A stretch of DNA of 63,440 nucleotides, counting the filler, from Vannella sp. (taxonomy: Eukaryota): the NCBI GenBank assembly GCA_023345925.1. It is 7 parts of 7 records of this genome, joined end to end, with 100 filler letters (N's around TTAATTAATTAA, not from the genome) between each part and the next. Parts side by side here need not be neighbours in the genome. Positions count along the whole stretch, not along the records: positions 54,907 to 63,440 come from JAJQQN010000343.1; 6 more parts are not named here. One strand, written 5' to 3'. Positions 58,001 to 63,440 of the stretch are shown here, one piece after another. Under the pieces are notes generated by a model, which had not been told where the DNA came from, ran no database searches, and saw only the letters and a program-made list of their open reading frames with translations. Each line of letters begins with the position of its first letter. Position 1 is the first letter of the stretch. A program made the position numbers and the translations under genes.

Positions 58001-58452
58001 TTGGTTTGATCAGCATTGAACGCCGCAACTTTGAATTCATTCAGATTCTTCCCGCTCGCAGCCGCAGCGATGACATGTTCAGCTTCCTCTGTGAACTCTT
58101 CTGGCCTTTCGTTGAGTCTCTTTGGTTGACAAGCTCCGTTGTGGTCTCACTGGAGGAGCATCCTCATGGAATGCAGGAGCGCCTGCTCGTAGAACGCATC
58201 CAATGGCTGGGAGAGAAATGCTACTTTGAACGAGTCTCTCCTTACTATGATGCCACCGCCAAAGAGTCTATCCGCTTCGCCCTTAAGCTGTTCCACAAGC
58301 TTGGCCTGATTGAATCAGACTCCACCAGCACTCTGGCTCTTTCAGAGAGCGTCAAAGCCAACCCCACCGCCCTCTTTGACTTTGTAGAACGCATCGCCGC
58401 CTTCCGCAATCCCTCCGCTGGTGTTCTTCCCGCATCTCTTGCCAAGTTGTAA
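55084..58452 (+). CDS. FARAT: Peroxisomal fatty acyl-CoA reductase / DHAP acyltransferase fusion (ether-lipid synthesis)
   Basis: TGVTGFLGK, HSAATVNF, YAFTK (FAR); HRSYVD, FFIEGTRSRTGK (acyltransferase); C-terminal AKL PTS1. Confidence 0.93.
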   Translation: MIKERYEGRNILITGVTGFLGKIILEKILRSLPLVGQIYLLIRPKKDTDPLSRLQGLVRSRVFNRLRSERPEFEAWALEKLVLVAGDVSRDRLGMSEEDIALIQREIHIFIHSAATVNFTERLPDAVALNVLGSLRLFEIAKNSRHCEAFCHISTAYVNCNKRGAIEEILYPLDFEPAAKLRELLAMDPNQMEAIEDKLITGFPNTYAFTKSLTEHLLVEQRGNVPLLIYRPTIIGSCYKEPTPGWLDTVSAASALYVTAGMGIMKFMLAHRPSRIGDQVPADLVTNSLLCATADIAGENRLNIIQVGTSKDKPLTWQFVKKTALPYLLRRPPKRTFSRPGFMFVTSDRVYDSLYFLQYRVPIAGYSLYARFLGTEKQLEQAQLWGSFERRVRKMVSNFSYFVNNEWIFDTANTYVVWDKMTEDEKEEFPFDMSTIDWEEYLLSFCYGMKLNILREADAIYPTDDRHCPVNLHRDIGADFSWAFLGAQGINDIYKVNPPEEMIPMILDSPAVRQAIALEAETEGMALADVEWRAKEIMDMMAGSMNFALLRTQGFFFRKFYRTMYQGIFVDEMGMRRVAEAAKRGPIIIMPTHRSYVDFLLTSFVFYDHNLPLPRIAAGDDFLNMAVVSWMFRNSGAFFMRRSNGKDELYRQIFNEYVKGVICSGHPLEFFIEGTRSRTGKSMPPKMGLLSNIVHASLGDSPELENLCVCPMTYSYERIIEEATHAHELAGQPKEKPTTAALIKASLSKLLLQNYGRINVQFAAPIPVKQFIANFGAQAEGVFDPLENPDDLWSATKSLGNAVIDAFHEEMVMMPTYLVAAVVMVHRGGISLDQLAVQFGWLRDQLLRRGRRVDPIEGSNEEIVAHCHPLLKGLYTLKRNIVQVDIVLGQTNIHVLQLAMYRNGILHALQREGLVALTLSSFGEQAWASAGEGIRMEEFLEAHQFLNDLLVDEFVDHRRHECVAETLQQMEELGLISIERRNFEFIQILPARSRSDDMFSFLCELFWPFVESLWLTSSVVVSLEEHPHGMQERLLVERIQWLGEKCYFERVSPYYDATAKESIRFALKLFHKLGLIESDSTSTLALSESVKANPTALFDFVERIAAFRNPSAGVLPASLAKL

Positions 58453-58584
58453 GTCAACCCTTAACTAGTCTCCCTTTCTCATATAAACTTGTTCCTCCCA
58501 TCTCTTCTCCTCAAGAATGCCAAAGAAAGCGCCGGGAACCTTCAAAACTGGTTTTATGGTTCTTCAGGTTGGACTAAACAGTCT

Positions 58585-61066
58585 TCAGACGCGAACTTTC
58601 TCCTTCTCGGCCTCTTCAGCGTCTTCACTATCTTCCACAGTAACTCTGAAGCTATCGAATCGTTGCCGTAGTCGGAGATAACGCTGTTCGTCTCGAACAG
58701 AAACGGAGGGACCAATCTTTGAGAGGGCGCGGTCAAAGTGGCGTTGGTGCACAAAAACGTCTCCGTCAGGACTATCAGCCTTCAAGTACTCACGTAGACA
58801 CTCTTGGCTTGCTTCTCGAACAAGAGAAGAGAGATCAGCACCACTGAATCGCTCACAGCGAGAGTCAGTCGCCACTTGGAGCATCTGAACAGAATTGTGG
58901 AGCGGCCTGCTCTTAGTGAGGGTATCTAAGATGTCTTTTCTCTCAGAGGCAGTAGGAAGCGGTACATAAATGAGCTTGTCCAGTCTTCCAGGTCTCAGCA
59001 TGGCGGGGTCAATGATATCTGGACGATTAGTCGCAGCCACCACATACACGTTCTTCCGCTCTTCCAGTCCATCCATTTCAGTCAACAGCATATTCACTAC
59101 GCGCTCTGATGAATGGTTACCCGAAGAACCCGAATCAGCCGAGCGTTTGGGACAAAGAGCGTCCAATTCATCAAAGAACACAATACATGGTGCTGATGCC
59201 CTCGCTCGTTGGAACACTGCTCGCACAGCTCTTTCACTCTCTCCCACATACTTATTTAACAGCTCTGGCCCCTTCACAGAGATGAAATTGGCGTTGGCAT
59301 CGTTGGCAATGGCTTTGGCCAAAAGTGTTTTTCCGCATCCTGGTGGGCCGTAGAGGAGGACCCCGGCAGGGTCAGTGAGACCAAGCCGTCGGAAGATGGC
59401 TGATTGTTTGATGTTCTCGACAATGGTCAGATTCAACTCCTCCCGAATGGCGACCAAAGCGCCGACATCGTCCCAAGTGACATTCGGCACCGTTGCGAAG
59501 CCTTCTCGCTTGGCTGAGGGCTGAACGCGCTTAACAGCTTTGAGGACATCATCCATTGTAATCGAGAGCGGGGCCAGAGCCTCTTCAGACAAAGGCTCAC
59601 CCTTATCTCGAAGTCGGTCGCTCACAATATTGCGGCTCTCCACGCTGCCTTCCTCAAGTGCCACATTCTCTCCCTCTGGTGCCCCAATGATCTGGATCAC
59701 GGACTGTACCGAATGGAAGACCCTGTGGATGGCCACAACCGCAGACTCTTTGGTCAGAGCAGCGAGATCGGCACCGACATAACCAGGCGTGAGGCGCGAG
59801 ATGGCGGCAAAGTCGAACTCTCCTGCTACTCGTAGCTTGCGATAGAGCACTTGGAGGATCTTCTCCCGAGCAGCCACGTTCGGAACTCCCAATGAGAGCT
59901 CACGATCGAACCGCCCCGCTCGTCGGAGGGCTGTATCGAGCACCTGAGGCCGATTGGTAGCACCAATGACCATGACAGGTCCCTTGCTTGCTGCAGCTGC
60001 ACTGATCTCGTCCATACAAGAGAACAACTGAGCGACAATCCGCTTCTCCATCTCCCTTTGCGATGTTTCACGCTTTGGTGCGATCGTGTCGATCTCATCA
60101 ATGAAGATGATGGAAGGCGCAGTCGTTAGAGCGGCTGCAAAGAGCGCGCGGAGCTTTGCTTCGCTCTCCCCGCTCATTCCCGAGACGATCTCTGGCGCTG
60201 AGATCTTGTAGAAGGGTCTGCCGAGCTCTCCACCGATTGCTTGTGCTAAGAGGGTCTTGCCACATCCTGGAGGGCCATGGAGGAGCACACCAACTGGAGG
60301 AGTGACGCCGAGATGAGCATAGATCTCGGGATGCATCAACGGCCACTCGATCAGCTCTCGGATGTCTGCTAACAGCTCGTCTATGCCTCCCAGGTCACTG
60401 TATCGCTCCTCTGGGAGTGAATAGGTGTGGGACATGTCCACAGCAGCCCCCGTGCGGTTGCTCGCGGCTGTGGAAGGTCTGGCGGTCTTCTCTGGGTTCA
60501 GCCCTTCCTTTAGAGTCGGTAGATAGTTGTATATGATTGAAGGGTACTCACTTGGTCTCTTTGCAGCGACGGGAGCGTCAGGATCAGGGAGAGCCTTCCG
60601 CTTTTTCAGGTTGGAAGGTGTTGGCGATCCCACGTCGGGTTGTTGGTCTGTTTGCTTGCTGGCTTCTTGATAAGAGGAGTAAAGAGAGGCATTGAGAAGG
60701 TTATGGTTCTTGTACTCCACCAAAGGAGTGTCATCCAAGTCCTCATCATCCGAACTTTGCATTTTCGCATCCTCTGAGGGCTCCAGAGTCCCCAAGACTG
60801 ACCAACAAGTTAGCAAAACATACAAAGACGATACTGTACGCACCTTGAGCCACCTGAGAGAGGATCCGATCGCGAGGGCCGTGATATTTGTCCTGATGAC
60901 GCATTAACAGCACATCACAGACCGCCTGAGCCGCTTCCTCCCCATCCACAGGTAGAGGAGCCAACTCCCCAGCGATAGAAGAGACATGCTTGAGCAGCAA
61001 GCGCTGCTGGAGAGAGCCTGGCGTCCCCGGACGATGGCGAGGACGGTTGCCCCCATTGCGTCCCAT
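58585..61066 (-). CDS. NVL: NVL/Rix7 type II AAA-ATPase (60S biogenesis)
   Basis: Two GPPGCGKT modules, EIVSGMSGESE, QPSAKREGFATVP, ELLNKYVGESERAVR; 5' intron ~60798-60843. Confidence 0.92.
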
Positions 61067-61092
61067 TGCGGCGCGGATAACAATGAGCCGCT

Positions 61093-62352
61093 TTATACAG
61101 CTGGAGTAGGAGGGTATGAACGTCGAGAGACTACGACATGGCGTTGGGAGCCAGCTCCTTCCGAGTTGTGGTCGAGATCGTGCTTCTCGGCCCAATCGTG
61201 AGCTTCTTTGCGCTGTTTGGGGGAGAGAGTCGCTGGTAGGTGGAGTACGGACTCACTGTCTTTGAGGAGGAAGGCAGAGAGCGTCTCTTCGATGGGGAAG
61301 CTCTCATCTTCTGACTTCTTCCACCAATCGGGGGAAGGAAGCGTGCATTGGCCTGTGACGCACAAGGGAGCCGTTTCTCCAGCATCCTTCCAAAACTCTA
61401 AGCCACTGGCATGCTCGAGAGTCTCTTGAGAGACCAGGAAGTCGCTCAGGGGCTGAGAGGCTTTGATCGGTCGGTTGGGGAGGATGAAAGAAGCTGATCG
61501 GAGGACAGCCATCTCACCCTCTGCCTTGGGTTGGGTGACGAGGATGGTCTTGTAGAAGTGAGTGGGTACAGATACATTGGGAGGGCTTCCAATGACCTGG
61601 TATCGAGTAAAGTACTTTCCCTCCTCTTCGTTCTTCTCGGGGAGATACAAGGGGCCAGTACAGATGTAAACGTTCTCATAGTGCTCAAGTAAGGATCGAC
61701 AGAAAGCCTCTAAACGAGCCCAATAGTGACGATTGAACCCATTGCCGACCTGCGGGCTGATGTTGCTGAGAAGGAACGTCTCGTTCATGGCTTCTTGGGA
61801 GAACTTGACGTTCCCAGCTGGTACCAAATGGCCGCGGTCGAAGCCACTTCGAGAGTAGTCCTCCAGACGCGCTCGGAAGCGCTCAGGGACGGTTCGGTCC
61901 TCTTGGAAGTTGCTGTGCTGCCGGTCGACCTCAGCTCCTGTTGATTGAGGCGTAAGGTGTTCACAGCTCCATAGCGCTGTACGATTTCGTCGGTCATAGG
62001 CCGAAACGTAGCCTTGGTGGAACTTGACGTGCTCCGTCGAGGGCAAACCGTATCGGACGATGTGCTGGCAATGAGGAGGCACTTCAATGCCTCCTTTGAG
62101 TCTAGAGACTCTCTCTACGAGTGTATCAAACGCTCGCTCACGGAGTTTCAGCTCTCCCTGCAAACGCTCGGTGGCTTGTCGCAAAACGGAAGCTTCCTGT
62201 TGGTGCGCCACTGCCAGTGCCCTCTGGTTTGCCTGCGCTTCACTTGCAGCGGTGGTAAGTGTCTGGTCGAGTTTGCTGCTCCATTGACTCTCCCGAAAGT
62301 ACACCGCGCCTGCCACAGCGGCGGCAGACGCCACCCAAACGCCTCGCCGCAT
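61093..62352 (-). CDS. ENDOG: Mitochondrial endonuclease G/Nuc1 with extra coiled coil and C-terminal R3H domain
   Basis: DYSRSGFDRGHL, FLLSNISPQVGNGFNRHYW, VPTHFYK; tail LSPKQRKEAHDWAEKHDLDHNSEG. Confidence 0.9.
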   Translation of the reverse strand: MRRGVWVASAAAVAGAVYFRESQWSSKLDQTLTTAASEAQANQRALAVAHQQEASVLRQATERLQGELKLRERAFDTLVERVSRLKGGIEVPPHCQHIVRYGLPSTEHVKFHQGYVSAYDRRNRTALWSCEHLTPQSTGAEVDRQHSNFQEDRTVPERFRARLEDYSRSGFDRGHLVPAGNVKFSQEAMNETFLLSNISPQVGNGFNRHYWARLEAFCRSLLEHYENVYICTGPLYLPEKNEEEGKYFTRYQVIGSPPNVSVPTHFYKTILVTQPKAEGEMAVLRSASFILPNRPIKASQPLSDFLVSQETLEHASGLEFWKDAGETAPLCVTGQCTLPSPDWWKKSEDESFPIEETLSAFLLKDSESVLHLPATLSPKQRKEAHDWAEKHDLDHNSEGAGSQRHVVVSRRSYPPTPAV

Positions 62353-62504
62353 TAAAATGGACCATTATCGAAACAATCTGTCTTCTGTCATCGTCGTGGT
62401 AAAATTGATGGCCCGAAATGATGACCGATTTGGAAGAAATACGGGAAAAGCCTCCGATTGATCGGATTCTCAGAAAAACGGAAGAACGGAAGCATTGATC
62501 ATCG

Positions 62505-63158
62505 ATGATTATGAGAAGGGTTACACTCCGTACAATTTTTGATCCGATCGTACGCTTTCGTCTAACCATTCTCTTCTGGTCCGTCGTGATGAGCCCTGAG
62601 TTTGCCGCTGCTTTGAAGAAGTTCGAGACACACATTGAAGGTTGTGAGAGGATGCTGCAACCACCAAAGACTCCATCGGAGGGAACGTTCCTCCGAATAA
62701 TGGAGCCTCTTCGGGTCAAGCACATCCCTTGTGGAGACCTGTGGCGCTGGAACCAAGCCAAGAGAAGGGAAGAAGTCCCACTCTCGGAGAGCCCCTTCAT
62801 CCTCCGAATCAGCAAACTTATCCTCCGTCCAAAGAAGGGAGTGCACGAGATCCCCCCTACCGCTAAAATCTGGGCTTTTGAGAAGCGCCACCCTTCACGA
62901 TCGACCCCTATCTGCTGTGCAGTGTGGTATCAAAGGTTCTGCGAAGAGGAGATGGATCCCCGAAGGCCCGTCCCTCCCGCACCCCTTCCTGACGCAAGCT
63001 GCGCCGCCTCTTGGATCTCCATTCGGCCTGCCAGTTCGCATCAACCATGTGATGAGAGTTCCTTTGACGTACCAATCGACCTCTCCTCCGAGATGTGGCA
63101 CCATTTCGAAGACTTCCTCGAGGATTACCCGCTTTCTTCCCTCCCCGATTTCGGATGA
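62505..63158 (+). CDS. Hypothetical protein (start may be 62589)
   Basis: Uninterrupted ORF with a basic/aromatic globular-looking core and an acidic tail. Confidence 0.5.
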   Translation: MIMRRVTLRTIFDPIVRFRLTILFWSVVMSPEFAAALKKFETHIEGCERMLQPPKTPSEGTFLRIMEPLRVKHIPCGDLWRWNQAKRREEVPLSESPFILRISKLILRPKKGVHEIPPTAKIWAFEKRHPSRSTPICCAVWYQRFCEEEMDPRRPVPPAPLPDASCAASWISIRPASSHQPCDESSFDVPIDLSSEMWHHFEDFLEDYPLSSLPDFG

Positions 63159-63440
63159 TAGCAACGTTGCATCCCTGCTCCTATTTATGTTTGTCACAGG
63201 TTTTTGAGAGTACGTCCACCACTGCACCTGTGCAGGATTACGTCCGATCCGTCCGCTCTTGTGCACACCAAAGAAAGGAATTTTCTTCTTTTGCTGTTAA
63301 AATCCTCTTCGACCGCAAATTGTTCATTTCTTAGCCGGACAACGGGTCAAGGGACGGCTGTGCGAGAAAAGTCACTCAGCAAGGGCATTGGGACGGATGT
63401 CATCAGGGCAAGCAGTTTCTTCCAATTGGTGATACTTTGC

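Noticed and set aside
55084..58452. FAR-acyltransferase fusion as a novelty
   Set aside because: FARAT fusions are already known from Tetrahymena and Dictyostelium
1..63440. Prokaryotic or giant-virus origin suggested by gene density and bacterial-like domains
   Set aside because: Abundant spliceosomal introns and core eukaryotic genes occur throughout, including introns within the genes with bacterial-type domains

Overview
Eukaryotic, very gene-dense protist DNA with 44-80 nt GT-AG introns and intergenic gaps often under 100 nt. The gene set (FAR-acyltransferase fusion, GPI-anchored double SOD, Spg1/Tem1) is compatible with an amoebozoan, but that is inference. The window is seven contigs joined by artificial 100-nt N44-TTAATTAATTAA-N44 spacers, so adjacency is meaningful only within a contig. 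About 30 genes can be spliced by eye, mostly housekeeping (NDUFV2, NACA, mitochondrial DnaJ, CCR4, DHX57, AMACR, METTL4, G6PD, FARAT, NVL, EndoG). Highlights: (1) a soluble tandem-CCCH zinc finger + pseudokinase + IRE1/RNase L-type KEN protein 45 nt downstream of a PARP16-like gene, with RGS-cNMP and R3H-2H phosphoesterase genes next to it; (2) a single-pass receptor with a GAIN/GPS autoproteolysis motif (HL|T) and a bacterial AgmC-like Gly-rich head; (3) further surface proteins built from bacterial-type modules, one with a 1-nt frameshift and a decayed paralog nearby; (4) a ~250-bp MITE-like element with related fragments on two other contigs; (5) unusual fusions (EndoG-R3H, double cupin) and an FBXO4-like protein. 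All homology calls come from motif recognition by eye; no searches were run.
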